A stretch of DNA of 64,000 nt. It comes from a virus. Taxonomy: Duplodnaviria > Caudoviricetes. This document shows positions 17,847 through 27,252 of the stretch, piece after piece (within the stretch, counting starts at the first letter, position 1; each line of letters begins with the position of its first letter). Under the pieces are notes generated by a model. That model worked only from the letters and a program-made list of their open reading frames with translations. It had not been told where the DNA came from and searched no databases. A program made the position numbers and the translations under genes. The stretch lies in the IMG/VR virus record IMGVR_UViG_638275558_000001, positions 1 through 64,000 of that record, one strand, 5' to 3'.

Positions 17847-20267
17847 ATGTTTTCGGCTTCTGATTATAAAGGAAACGTAACTTTTAGTTTTCACTTCCCT
17901 TCGCTTCTCACCAATGCCGGATCGCACCCAAATAAGGCATATGTGTATTACGACTATATGGGTAGTGATCTGGTGTTCACTTTTTCTCGAATAAGATTCA
18001 GCCTGTCGGCACCCGGCACCTACGATGCTTATTTTGACGCTCATATTCAGGATGTTGACACCATTACCTTCGATTCAAACGGATACCGTGAGCTTTATTT
18101 CATTTTCAGCGTTTCCTGGGAAGGATCCAACACTTCGGGCACCATTTCGGGTGCCAATCTTATCAGCGTATCTTCCTTTGTTACTGGATACCCCGAAAAC
18201 AGTTTTCTTGCCTATACGCTTTCCGTTTACTCTGCTTCCGCCACAACCTATCTTAACCTTAATGATGCTTACAGAATTTACGTAGGGAACATTTTCGGCA
18301 CCCCGCAATGGGAAGTTGGTTTTACCGGTAGTTTCACGGTTTCTGCTACGCCTTCAATTTCTCACAACCGTTTCAGGATTTTACTTCTTTCTAACTTTGA
18401 TAGTGCACTTAATTACTATATTACTACGTTCAGCGCACCAGCATTCGCCTCACATTCATTTCAGGTTATCAGGAAAATATATGAAGTTGAGCCACTTTCT
18501 GCTTACACAGTACCGTCTATCGTGTTTTTCTACACGGTTTCAGCTACTAACAGCTTCGGGTGGAGCTATTCCAATATAGAAATGGGGTCTCTTTACAGAA
18601 TATCAACTATGTCCATTCTAAGTTATCCTTACCCCTACACGGCACCGGCTATAACGTATATCACTTTTTCTGGCGGAATTGTTTCGGATGAAGAATTTAT
18701 TGTAAAGGTGCCCATAACCCTTTCTTATATTAACAACATAATACCGTATTTCATCGGCAACCCCACTACCACTTCAAACATTGACGATGTGAATGCTACT
18801 GAAGATAAAATTATCCCTACTTCGATAAGTAACTTTAAAACAACCCTTTCATTTCAGGTTTTTGCTTTTCCGAACACACTCCCTGTTAAAACGGAACAAG
18901 TATCAATTCCCGTTACCTTCAGTCCGGAAACGGGCAACATTTCTATTCCTGTTTCCATCTCATTTCCTGCGTTTGTAAGAACTGCTGCGGCTACAATGGA
19001 TAATCCGGGCAATTTTTCCACTTCTGTCGGAAATGGTATCGTGGTTAGCGATCTTGTGTGTCAGAATACAGGGAATATACCTATTACATTTAGTGGTGTC
19101 AGTCTTGCAATAGACGATGGTAACTGGTATGTGGACACCCCCTCCGTGGGATATGGTTTTAACCCGAACAGCGGGTTTTGGTTCGATGTTCACTTTATGC
19201 CTTATGGGGATGTAAACTACAGTCAATCCATTTATTTTACGTTTTCGTTCAATTATCCAACAAATTATGGAAATATATTGTCAGGTAGTTTTGTTGAATC
19301 CATTTCTTTCCATGCGGTTGCTACAGGAACCGCCCCTTCCGGTCAGGTGGGTATTACGGTGTCCAACTGGAATGTGGACAACCCTAACACCGTTATGGTT
19401 GGTAAATATGTTACCGGTTCCTTCAGCATCACGGCAAGTGCTACAAACAATCAGATCGCTCAGGTTACCCTGACTTCATCAACCCCCAATCTGTATTTCA
19501 CGACGGTTTCAGGTGTTGGTATTAACAATCTTCATGCTACGGCGGTAAATTCTCTGGCGCTACAGGTTGCTCCCGGAGCTTCTCTTTCTGTTTATACCCA
19601 GTGGTATATGAATATGGTTTATACGGCTTCGGCTCCTGATGTAACCATATCGGTAACGTCTTCTAATGCTACGGAAATGAACGGCGTGCCGGGATTGACG
19701 GAAGTTAAGCGATCGCATTCGCTGACGAACCCTGCTCGATATGCAAATTTGAATATAGGAATTTTTTCACTCAGTGCTTATGGTCCCTTCTATCAATCAA
19801 CCGCCTCTATTTTGCCGTTCCCTTATTCTTTTAGTCTTGGGGGCATCAACGTCGTTAGAAATGTTGGTTTGGCTTGGCTTGATTTTTATCCAACGAACAG
19901 CACTCATTCTGAAATGTATGTTAAATTGACCATGTCTCTGACAGGATCGGCTTTAAATGTTCATAGCGTAGTAACTTCATCGTATTTTTCTGATCCTTCT
20001 AATTTCGAGTGGGAAGTCAACACTTTGCAGCATACTCTGTTCAGCCCCCCTTATGGATATTTTCTTCATATTAGAATAAGACCGACTCCAAGTGATATTA
20101 ACATAATACCGACTTCAAGTGCATATGGATATGGTACGTTTGTTGTAAGTTGGAGCATGAGTCTTATTTCCCATATAAATGGGGTAAGCGTGGCTTCTCT
20201 TGGACAGGGGTATTCAAATGCTTTGAGTTTGTGGTTTGATCATACTGTTTTCTATGAAGCACCATAG
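17847..20267 (+). CDS. Ser/Thr-rich beta-strand virion protein (tail fibre or decoration-like)
   Basis: 806 aa, very few charged residues; TATTTAA upstream. Confidence 0.6.
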   Translation: MFSASDYKGNVTFSFHFPSLLTNAGSHPNKAYVYYDYMGSDLVFTFSRIRFSLSAPGTYDAYFDAHIQDVDTITFDSNGYRELYFIFSVSWEGSNTSGTISGANLISVSSFVTGYPENSFLAYTLSVYSASATTYLNLNDAYRIYVGNIFGTPQWEVGFTGSFTVSATPSISHNRFRILLLSNFDSALNYYITTFSAPAFASHSFQVIRKIYEVEPLSAYTVPSIVFFYTVSATNSFGWSYSNIEMGSLYRISTMSILSYPYPYTAPAITYITFSGGIVSDEEFIVKVPITLSYINNIIPYFIGNPTTTSNIDDVNATEDKIIPTSISNFKTTLSFQVFAFPNTLPVKTEQVSIPVTFSPETGNISIPVSISFPAFVRTAAATMDNPGNFSTSVGNGIVVSDLVCQNTGNIPITFSGVSLAIDDGNWYVDTPSVGYGFNPNSGFWFDVHFMPYGDVNYSQSIYFTFSFNYPTNYGNILSGSFVESISFHAVATGTAPSGQVGITVSNWNVDNPNTVMVGKYVTGSFSITASATNNQIAQVTLTSSTPNLYFTTVSGVGINNLHATAVNSLALQVAPGASLSVYTQWYMNMVYTASAPDVTISVTSSNATEMNGVPGLTEVKRSHSLTNPARYANLNIGIFSLSAYGPFYQSTASILPFPYSFSLGGINVVRNVGLAWLDFYPTNSTHSEMYVKLTMSLTGSALNVHSVVTSSYFSDPSNFEWEVNTLQHTLFSPPYGYFLHIRIRPTPSDINIIPTSSAYGYGTFVVSWSMSLISHINGVSVASLGQGYSNALSLWFDHTVFYEAP

Positions 20268-20274
20268 TAATTTC

Positions 20275-21240
20275 TTATCTATACGACACATACTTGATAA
20301 AATTGCCGCTTTCTCCCATTTCAAAATATTTTCTGAGCGTAGAAGGAGTAAAATCCGTGGCGTCTCCAAGCTTTCGAGTGGGGGTGATCAGTGTTGCGTT
20401 GATTTTGACATAGTGGCTTTTGATCATTTTGTTGTGGGGGAAAAGCAGGTTGTAAAGCGCCATCTGGTTTACGTCGTTCAAAAGATGTTCATGCCAGAGA
20501 ATATCGTAAGTGCGGGTAAGCAGCGCAAGAAGATTGGTGTAGTAGTTCCGTTCTTCCTTAATGGTGTAAAGCGGCGTGCAGGAAATGATGATCGCTTGAA
20601 TTTCCTCACCCGGCTTTAATTCTTTAAGTTTAATAAGGTTTTCAATGGTAAACCCAAGCGGAATCACTTCTCTTACCCCACCGTCTACATAGGTGTTGTC
20701 TCCGATTTTAACCGGAGGAAAGACCAGCGGAATGCTACAAGAAGCAAGAATGGATTTGAGAAGAAGTTCCTCTTTTTGCTCTTCCGGGATTTCCTGATCT
20801 TCAAAAAGGTAGTTACCGTCTTTTACAACGATTCCGGTGGATTTGCCGTTTTGCAAATTCACAGAACAATTGATATAGATTTTATTGAAATTCAGAAGCG
20901 GGAGCACGTTTTTCTCAAGGTATTTCCCAAGAGGGGAAAAATCATACAGATAATTTCGTTTGAGAATAAGTGTTTTGAGAAGGGCAAACCACTCAGGCTG
21001 CTGTTTGTAAACCTGTTTCGGGGAAAGAGAAAGCCACATTTGCTTCATGAGATCGGTACCTTTCGGGGTAAGCGCCGCGCGGGAAGCACACCACACGCCG
21101 TTGATACTTCCCACCGAAGTTCCGGCTACAGCAAGAATTTCGTTGTCTTTAAGCGCTCCTTCCCTCACCAGACAGGAAATGACGCCCGCCTGAAAAGCAC
21201 CTTTGGCTCCTCCCCCCGACAGGATCAGCAGTTTTTTCAT
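20275..21240 (-). CDS. Patatin-like phospholipase
   Basis: LSGGGAKG, GTSVG (catalytic Ser) and YVDGG (catalytic Asp). Confidence 0.9.
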   Translation of the reverse strand: MKKLLILSGGGAKGAFQAGVISCLVREGALKDNEILAVAGTSVGSINGVWCASRAALTPKGTDLMKQMWLSLSPKQVYKQQPEWFALLKTLILKRNYLYDFSPLGKYLEKNVLPLLNFNKIYINCSVNLQNGKSTGIVVKDGNYLFEDQEIPEEQKEELLLKSILASCSIPLVFPPVKIGDNTYVDGGVREVIPLGFTIENLIKLKELKPGEEIQAIIISCTPLYTIKEERNYYTNLLALLTRTYDILWHEHLLNDVNQMALYNLLFPHNKMIKSHYVKINATLITPTRKLGDATDFTPSTLRKYFEMGESGNFIKYVSYR

Positions 21241-21257
21241 TTTTAATTAAATAATGC

Positions 21258-21992
21258 TCATTTTCCCGATGGAAGCATGGAAATCCACTTCAATTTGGCA
21301 AATCCGTCTTCCGTTTTCCCGTTGATCATATATGCGTAGGCTCCAAAGACGTGAGCTATCTTGCAATACTCCTCTTCGTTGTCAATAAAGATTGTATAGT
21401 GGTTGGGTGGAATGATTCCATAGATGAGTTCGTTTACTTTCCCGATTTTTTTGCCCCCGACAATGCGGTTGGGAAGTGGAAGATTATGTTTTTTCAAATA
21501 CGACTCGATGTTTTCCCGGTGGTTTGCGCTCAGGATGTAAAGGCGGTGATAGTTCGGATTTCTTTTTACCAGATCGTAAAGATAGGTGTACAGGTTATGA
21601 AATTTCGTAATCGTTCCGTCGAAGTCTATACACACCGCCACCTTGATTGGTTTGACAAGAATCCGGGAGAGCAATATATGAGCGGATTTGTGCATAGTCA
21701 TAGACACCTGATCCGGTGAAAGATCGATAATGCGGGGAAATTTGTAAATGCGGCGGAGACGGTTGGTAAGGTAGCGGATGTATCTATCCATTCCCATGTA
21801 CTTCTCGATAATATCAAGGTATTCCGGATTTTTCCTTACAAACACCTCTTTCATCAGGTGTTTAATATGAATGGTTTCCCGTCGGGTGAGAAGAAGTTTT
21901 GTTAAACCTCTCACCCGCAACTCTTCGAGAATCTCCGGAGATAAATCTTCGAACTGGAGATAAAGCGTTTCGTCAATGGTCTGCATATTCAT
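21258..21992 (-). CDS. HAD-superfamily phosphatase domain protein
   Basis: IDFDGTIT, ILSA and FIDN motifs. Confidence 0.7.
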   Translation of the reverse strand: MNMQTIDETLYLQFEDLSPEILEELRVRGLTKLLLTRRETIHIKHLMKEVFVRKNPEYLDIIEKYMGMDRYIRYLTNRLRRIYKFPRIIDLSPDQVSMTMHKSAHILLSRILVKPIKVAVCIDFDGTITKFHNLYTYLYDLVKRNPNYHRLYILSANHRENIESYLKKHNLPLPNRIVGGKKIGKVNELIYGIIPPNHYTIFIDNEEEYCKIAHVFGAYAYMINGKTEDGFAKLKWISMLPSGK

Positions 21993-21995
21993 AGT

Positions 21996-23045
21996 TTACT
22001 CAGGTATTTTTTTGAACATTGTATTAATGGTGTCGATTTTCTTGATGTAATCAACGAATTTGACACCAAGTTTTCCTGTAACATTTCCGATAAGAATATT
22101 GGAAGCGTTCAATGCCAGTGCGGGAGTCAGATTTGAAAGTCTTGCAATTTCAAACAGCGTCGGGAGAATATGGTTTTTATTTTCGATTTCTTCCATCAAA
22201 ATGGCGTCTACGGCGTTGTATTCCACCAACTTTTTATCCGGGTAGACAGGAATCTCATGATAGAATCTTACGTCGAAATCCACCTTACCTTCTCCTATTT
22301 CCTCTCGCGCAATATAGTCGAGCCGGTAGGACTCCAACTCTTTGTATGCCACAAAGGAGCGATAAAGCCGCATGTAATCAAAAAACACAAATTCTACAGG
22401 GGTACGGGGATTGAAATAGAATGGTAGGTTTCGATCGGAAATTTTCCGCACCAGCTTCCAGTCCGGAAGCAACTTATCACTAATGACATTCACCTCATGG
22501 ATATGACTACGAATGAGCAGGTAGGGATAATCGAACTGATAACCGTTCCATGCGAGCATGAAAGTAAATTTTGGTTTCAGCACATTCCAGAAATACTCGA
22601 GCAATCTTTTTTCCGAAAGGAATGTTCTGTAATGAATTTCAAATGTGTTATCCCCTACGCTGGTGGTAAATTTGTTAAAGTTATCGATATGAGCCTCCGG
22701 GTTGGTGATAAGGAGAAGCACTACCACCACCGGTTTTCCATACGGTTTGATGGAAATGGAATAAACTGGGTCTCTCCACGGGTCGGGAAAGCTTTTTTTC
22801 GGGGAAATCGTCTCAATATCGATAAAGACGCACTGAGACAAAGCTTCCGGCGTGATGTGGCTTTTTTGTTCTCTGATGTAATAGGATATAGCCTCAGCCT
22901 CAATCTTCCCTCGATTCTGCTGAGCGATGCGCTTCAAATGTGGGGGTACGGGTGATTGAAATAAGTGTTTTTTCCCCTCGATTAGCTCCACTCCGTAAAT
23001 TTTCATCGATCGGGGGTATACGCTTGCGCTTAGCGTGATCTTCAT
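21996..23045 (-). CDS. Stand-alone 3'-5' exonuclease subunit of a split family-B DNA polymerase
   Basis: ExoI IDIET, ExoII WNGYQFDYPYL, SYRLDYIA, ExoIII YNAVD; no polymerase domain follows. Confidence 0.9.
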   Translation of the reverse strand: MKITLSASVYPRSMKIYGVELIEGKKHLFQSPVPPHLKRIAQQNRGKIEAEAISYYIREQKSHITPEALSQCVFIDIETISPKKSFPDPWRDPVYSISIKPYGKPVVVVLLLITNPEAHIDNFNKFTTSVGDNTFEIHYRTFLSEKRLLEYFWNVLKPKFTFMLAWNGYQFDYPYLLIRSHIHEVNVISDKLLPDWKLVRKISDRNLPFYFNPRTPVEFVFFDYMRLYRSFVAYKELESYRLDYIAREEIGEGKVDFDVRFYHEIPVYPDKKLVEYNAVDAILMEEIENKNHILPTLFEIARLSNLTPALALNASNILIGNVTGKLGVKFVDYIKKIDTINTMFKKIPE

Positions 23046-23292
23046 AATTCTCCTTCAGGTCTTCTTCGAGGAAATCGTTTAACGATTGAAGCAACTGATA
23101 ATAAGCTTCGCGGGTTTCGAGCATGTCGAATACTTGCCTGTGAAAAAACAGAAAATCTCTTATCTTGCGCGTGGCTCCGATCAGAAGACGGTGTTTCCGC
23201 TGGAGGATGTTATACCTTATGATATAAGTAATCAGCACCCCACTTACGGTTGCCGCAATAGCAACCCCCAACCAGAAATATACTTCCTGCAT
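22900..23292 (-). CDS. Single-pass membrane protein
   Basis: N-terminal TM helix; overlaps the exonuclease 5' end by 146 nt. Confidence 0.55.
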   Translation of the reverse strand: MQEVYFWLGVAIAATVSGVLITYIIRYNILQRKHRLLIGATRKIRDFLFFHRQVFDMLETREAYYQLLQSLNDFLEEDLKENYEDHAKRKRIPPIDENLRSGANRGEKTLISITRTPTFEAHRSAESRED

Positions 23293-23374
23293 GGTTTCTT
23301 TTTTTCTTCAAAAAAACCTTTCCGTGAAAAAATAGTTTCAACTGGTAACTGCAAACAAACATAAGGAGAGAGTC

Positions 23375-24301
23375 ATGCTCGACTTTTATCGCTGCTTTGT
23401 CAAAATCTTTCAGAATAGCTACTTCGCCAACCCAACAAAATACCGGTTTGGCGAAAAGGTCAGAGAAGCAGTGTTCAACTGGGGAGCACGCGTGGCACAC
23501 CACGACATCAATTCGCGAGAAACCGAAATCGTTGCAGATCCGGAGATGGATGATTATTTCAGAAGATCATTTTTCTCCGAAAACCCCTATATGCTTGTTA
23601 AAATTACCCATCCCGATGAATCGATGATAAATACGGTAATATGGCAAAGCAAGCGATATGAAAACTTTTCCCGCGTCTATCAACTCATTCGCACAATTGC
23701 ACAGATGAGAGAAGAAGAAGTCGATAACTACATGAATCAGATCATGCCGTTTATTGCGTTGAATCTCAATACGATCAATCGCTATATGAACAAAACAAAT
23801 CTTCTCTTTCAAACCCCTTATGATGAGTTATACGGTTTCACTCTGCTTTTCAAGTCGGTAATTCGCATTGCCGAAGAAGAAAACGAACTGGAGTATCTTG
23901 CGAATAAAGATGTCATTGATAGTTATAATAAGAAGATTGAGGAATTTTTCAATACCGATGAAAATATCGCTACATTTGGATATGTTCTAAAAGATATGCT
24001 GTCTCACTGCATTATTGCCATCGGTATGATCCTGCTGGAAGCGAAGGATAAAACACACATGAAGTTTTATGAGGAACTTGGTGAGTTTATGGCGGAAATA
24101 GGTAAGGTATACTTAAAAGTGATAGAGGAAGGTGAGAAAGATATGAATGCGCTGACGCATTTATACCTCTGGTGTATGATTGCCGGTTGTATCATTAACA
24201 TGTTGAACGTCAGGATTCCGGATGAATTGCGGTTGGCTGCTATCATGGTTGAAGAAACGCTTGCCTCGCACCAACTGCAACCCTTTATTTCGTTAAACTG
24301 A
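23375..24301 (+). CDS. Hypothetical helical protein
   Basis: 308-aa ORF, AAGGAG RBS. Confidence 0.75.
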   Translation: MLDFYRCFVKIFQNSYFANPTKYRFGEKVREAVFNWGARVAHHDINSRETEIVADPEMDDYFRRSFFSENPYMLVKITHPDESMINTVIWQSKRYENFSRVYQLIRTIAQMREEEVDNYMNQIMPFIALNLNTINRYMNKTNLLFQTPYDELYGFTLLFKSVIRIAEEENELEYLANKDVIDSYNKKIEEFFNTDENIATFGYVLKDMLSHCIIAIGMILLEAKDKTHMKFYEELGEFMAEIGKVYLKVIEEGEKDMNALTHLYLWCMIAGCIINMLNVRIPDELRLAAIMVEETLASHQLQPFISLN

Positions 24302-24309
24302 AGAGGGGT

Positions 24310-25056
24310 ATGATACAGAAAACAACCCCGTATAAAAACTACAAAAAGTACATGGATCAGCGGGGAGAAGTGCTGAGACCGCACCCCCGCAAGAAGGTAT
24401 ATATCCCATTTCTTATTGCGGAATGTGGAACTTATCTATGGAACGACATAAGAAACATGATGTTTGCGCTTCCGGGGTGGAAAGATGTGGTGAAAAAATA
24501 CGGTGTGGGGGAAAAATCCACCCCGGAGCCTTTCTATGATTTCCTTTCGCTTTTTATCAAGAATACTACGCTTTACAGTGATTATAGAACCAAACAAACG
24601 CTTTTTCAATCGCGAATAGAGCGCATAAAAATGGAAGAGGAAGTCTGGAATCTTTCCAATGCACTGATCAATCTGTTCTTTTATCTGAAAGAGCATTATC
24701 CCTATTATTTCTCAAAAGAGTTTGTCTTTTACTTTGACATTAATTTCTATTTCAGGAAGCTCACATTTTATGATATTCTTGCCGGGGAAGATTTGCGGAA
24801 TAAAATCAACGACACATTTCAGAAAATGCTCTCTAAAGGTTACACGGTACACCTTTCAAAAATGAAACCTCAGAGTAGAGAAGATTATCTATGTTTGCGT
24901 TATGCCGAATATATGGAAGCTATTATGGCTCGAGATGAGTTCAAGCAGGAAATGGATATGAAAGGGAGTGGGAATCTTTTTTATCTTATTGATGGTTTTA
25001 AATGGGGGTTGATAAATAGAAAAGATGAAGTAGAATTTGTTGTACTGGTAAGGTAA
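24310..25056 (+). CDS. Hypothetical protein
   Basis: 248-aa ORF, GAGGGG RBS. Confidence 0.75.
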   Translation: MIQKTTPYKNYKKYMDQRGEVLRPHPRKKVYIPFLIAECGTYLWNDIRNMMFALPGWKDVVKKYGVGEKSTPEPFYDFLSLFIKNTTLYSDYRTKQTLFQSRIERIKMEEEVWNLSNALINLFFYLKEHYPYYFSKEFVFYFDINFYFRKLTFYDILAGEDLRNKINDTFQKMLSKGYTVHLSKMKPQSREDYLCLRYAEYMEAIMARDEFKQEMDMKGSGNLFYLIDGFKWGLINRKDEVEFVVLVR

Positions 25057-25062
25057 AAACTA

Positions 25063-25070
25063 TATAAATA
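25063..25070 (+). promoter_or_regulatory. T4-type late promoter TATAAATA
   Basis: Exact T4 late consensus 14 nt upstream of the ATG at 25085. Confidence 0.55.
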
Positions 25071-25084
25071 AAAGGGGTTAGTTT

Positions 25085-25387
25085 ATGGCGAGCTGGACTT
25101 ACGATACCACTTCGCGTATTCTGTCAATTACCGTTAGTGTGGTGGATCTCGACAATAACGATGTACTGGTTTACACCGGTAGCAATTATCCTACATGGTT
25201 GAGTCCGCCGACCACTTCGTACGTTTCCGGTTCGTTGTCTCCAAAGCAGTTTGATGTGTATATCAGCGGTAGCACGCTCAACGTTCAGACAGGGTCTTAT
25301 CAGGTTGATTTGCTTGCCATTGAACAGGGTGTGTCGTTCCCGCTCACCTCTTCGGCAAGCTTCACGATTACGGTTACGGCGGTTTAA
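25085..25387 (+). CDS. Small Ser/Thr-rich putative structural protein
   Basis: Beta-rich composition similar to 17847..20267. Confidence 0.65.
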   Translation: MASWTYDTTSRILSITVSVVDLDNNDVLVYTGSNYPTWLSPPTTSYVSGSLSPKQFDVYISGSTLNVQTGSYQVDLLAIEQGVSFPLTSSASFTITVTAV

Positions 25388-25396
25388 CAAATTTTA

Positions 25397-25739
25397 GGCA
25401 AGAAGTCTCCATCCTCTACAGGGTGGAGATGAATTGCCTATTGACAAAATTCAGTGGTGTATTACAATAAAAGCAAGATGTTTAGAGCATACAAATACAG
25501 GATATATCCTAACAAAAAACAAAAAGAACCCTTAGAGAAAACTTTTGGTTGTGTGGGGTTCTACTGGAACAGGGCATTAGAAATCAAACTCAAAGCTTTA
25601 GGAAATAAAGAGAAAATACCACAGGTCTTGCCCGCCTTAAGGGTGGTAGGGTCGGAACGACCCGAACTTATGCCTGTGGAGGAGCGGGTAGCTCCGATGA
25701 AGCAGGAAGCTCCATCTTCTACAAGATGGAGTAGTTCAC
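25397..25739 (+). mobile_element. Internally deleted IS200/IS605-family element (MITE-like) with a tnpB remnant
   Basis: Matching subterminal hairpins CTCCATCYT-CTAC-ARGRTGGAG at both ends, terminal TTCAC; remnant ORF from 25478 joins the TnpB N-term (YKYRIYP...KTFGC) to the TnpB C-term (ERPELMPVE...KQEAP). Confidence 0.85.
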
Positions 25740-25793
25740 TTCACAGAAACTTTATTTCTGTTTTATCGTTTTTTCCGTAAAAAAAAAGAAATT

Positions 25794-26471
25794 ATGGTTG
25801 TAAAACTACCGCTGCATGATTTTTACCCTGAAGGTTCACCTTTCAAAACCGAAAACTTTACGGTAAAAGACCCCACCATTGAAGACGAAGACCGCCTTTT
25901 CAACCCGGATCGCATCAAGGGGGGATATGCTCTGGATGATTTTGTGAGAGGACTCCTTCCCGAAGAGGCTCAGCGCCAGTACGGAAACATGTTCCTCATT
26001 GACAGGAATTTCATTCTGTATGCCGTCAGGGTGGCAATGTTCGGAGACACCATTGAATTTCGGGAAAACATCGAATGTTCTCATTGCGGCGCTTCGCTTC
26101 GGGAGGCTACCATAGACAGCGAGGTTTTTATTCCCGAAAATCGTAAGTTTGAGTTAAAAGAAGGGGGTTATTTTATCCGTTTTAAGTTGCTTACCGTTTC
26201 AGATCAGAATGTTATGAGAAAAGATCCACTCATGAAAAGCAACTTTCTGACGCGCACGCTTTATTACGTAATCGATACGATTGAAAAAGAAGAGAGCGAC
26301 ATTACCGACAAATATGCGCTTATCCGTTCTATTCCTATTTCACTTGGCACCAAGATCAGAGAGTTTCTGAATACACAATATCCTCGATTTGATATTTTCA
26401 TCAAATGCGGTTCGTGCGAAAGCACCATCCCCTTTGAGATGAACGAATCCTTTTTTTGGAATAAGTTATGA
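25794..26471 (+). CDS. Baseplate hub assembly chaperone, gp26-like
   Basis: PTIEDED, DRNFILYAVRVAMFG, CSHCG...CGSCE and terminal FFW. Confidence 0.75.
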   Translation: MVVKLPLHDFYPEGSPFKTENFTVKDPTIEDEDRLFNPDRIKGGYALDDFVRGLLPEEAQRQYGNMFLIDRNFILYAVRVAMFGDTIEFRENIECSHCGASLREATIDSEVFIPENRKFELKEGGYFIRFKLLTVSDQNVMRKDPLMKSNFLTRTLYYVIDTIEKEESDITDKYALIRSIPISLGTKIREFLNTQYPRFDIFIKCGSCESTIPFEMNESFFWNKL

Positions 26472-26496
26472 TTCAGAAGAAGAGCTTGAAAAAATC

Positions 26497-26673
26497 GTGG
26501 TAGAACGGTATGAAGCCCGAAGGAAATTGCTTCTCTTTCTGAAAGAACTGGATACCTATTCCAGTTTAAAAACGAAAATTTCTATATCAGAACTCCGGGT
26601 AATTGCCTATATGTATACCCAGCAACTGGAAGAGCAGGAAAGAGAGTTCAAGCGTTTTCGGGGACCGCACTGA
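26497..26673 (+). CDS. gp51-like short ORF (not in the ORF track); possibly expressed as a frameshift extension of the gp26-like gene
   Basis: Frame open from 26458 (GISYDSEEE...ISISELRVIAYMYTQQLEEQERE...); GTG at 26497. Confidence 0.55.
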   Translation: MVERYEARRKLLLFLKELDTYSSLKTKISISELRVIAYMYTQQLEEQEREFKRFRGPH

Positions 26674-27154
26674 AGTCAAGCGTGGCGTAGTCAAATTGAA
26701 GGGTAAGCTGCACGTTCACAAGACCCGAAGCATCGGAGAAGTCGAGCGAGTCGCCGTTGATGTCGGCAACCCAGGCTCCGTGGAAAGTCCATTGTTCAAT
26801 TACGGCACCCTGAGGATCAAGAAGCAGAAGCTGGATATTTTTCTTGTAAACATCCTGATAGCCGTCGCGCCCGGTGGTAGGATCGTGGTGTGCAAGTACC
26901 CACTGGTAAACCGCCATCATCCCCGATTCCTCGATTGGATCATAAAGCGTCAGGTTGATTGGGTTCCAGCTAATTTTTCCCTTATATTTGAAGTAGGTGT
27001 TAATGTGGTGCACTTCGCCGACGGCAAAGCTGAAATTAGGACGCGCCGAAGCGTAGACCATGTAGGCGGGAATCCCGTCGATCTGCATGAGGAAAAGGCG
27101 TTTCTGCTTGGGTTCAAAACGCCGGAAAAGCATGTTTTCAACAACGCGTGCCAT
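26648..27154 (-). CDS. Tail tube protein, gp19-like
   Basis: FEPKQKRLF, KGKISWNPINLTLYDP, IEQWTFHGAW, LQFDY. Confidence 0.85.
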   Translation of the reverse strand: MARVVENMLFRRFEPKQKRLFLMQIDGIPAYMVYASARPNFSFAVGEVHHINTYFKYKGKISWNPINLTLYDPIEESGMMAVYQWVLAHHDPTTGRDGYQDVYKKNIQLLLLDPQGAVIEQWTFHGAWVADINGDSLDFSDASGLVNVQLTLQFDYATLDFSAVPENA

Positions 27155-27252
27155 ATCGTTCCTTTTTCTTTAAATATGTATAAATCGTTTTTCAAAAAAA
27201 TGACAGGGAAAAATATTTAAAGTTGACAATTAACAACAAAACCGGAAAAAAT

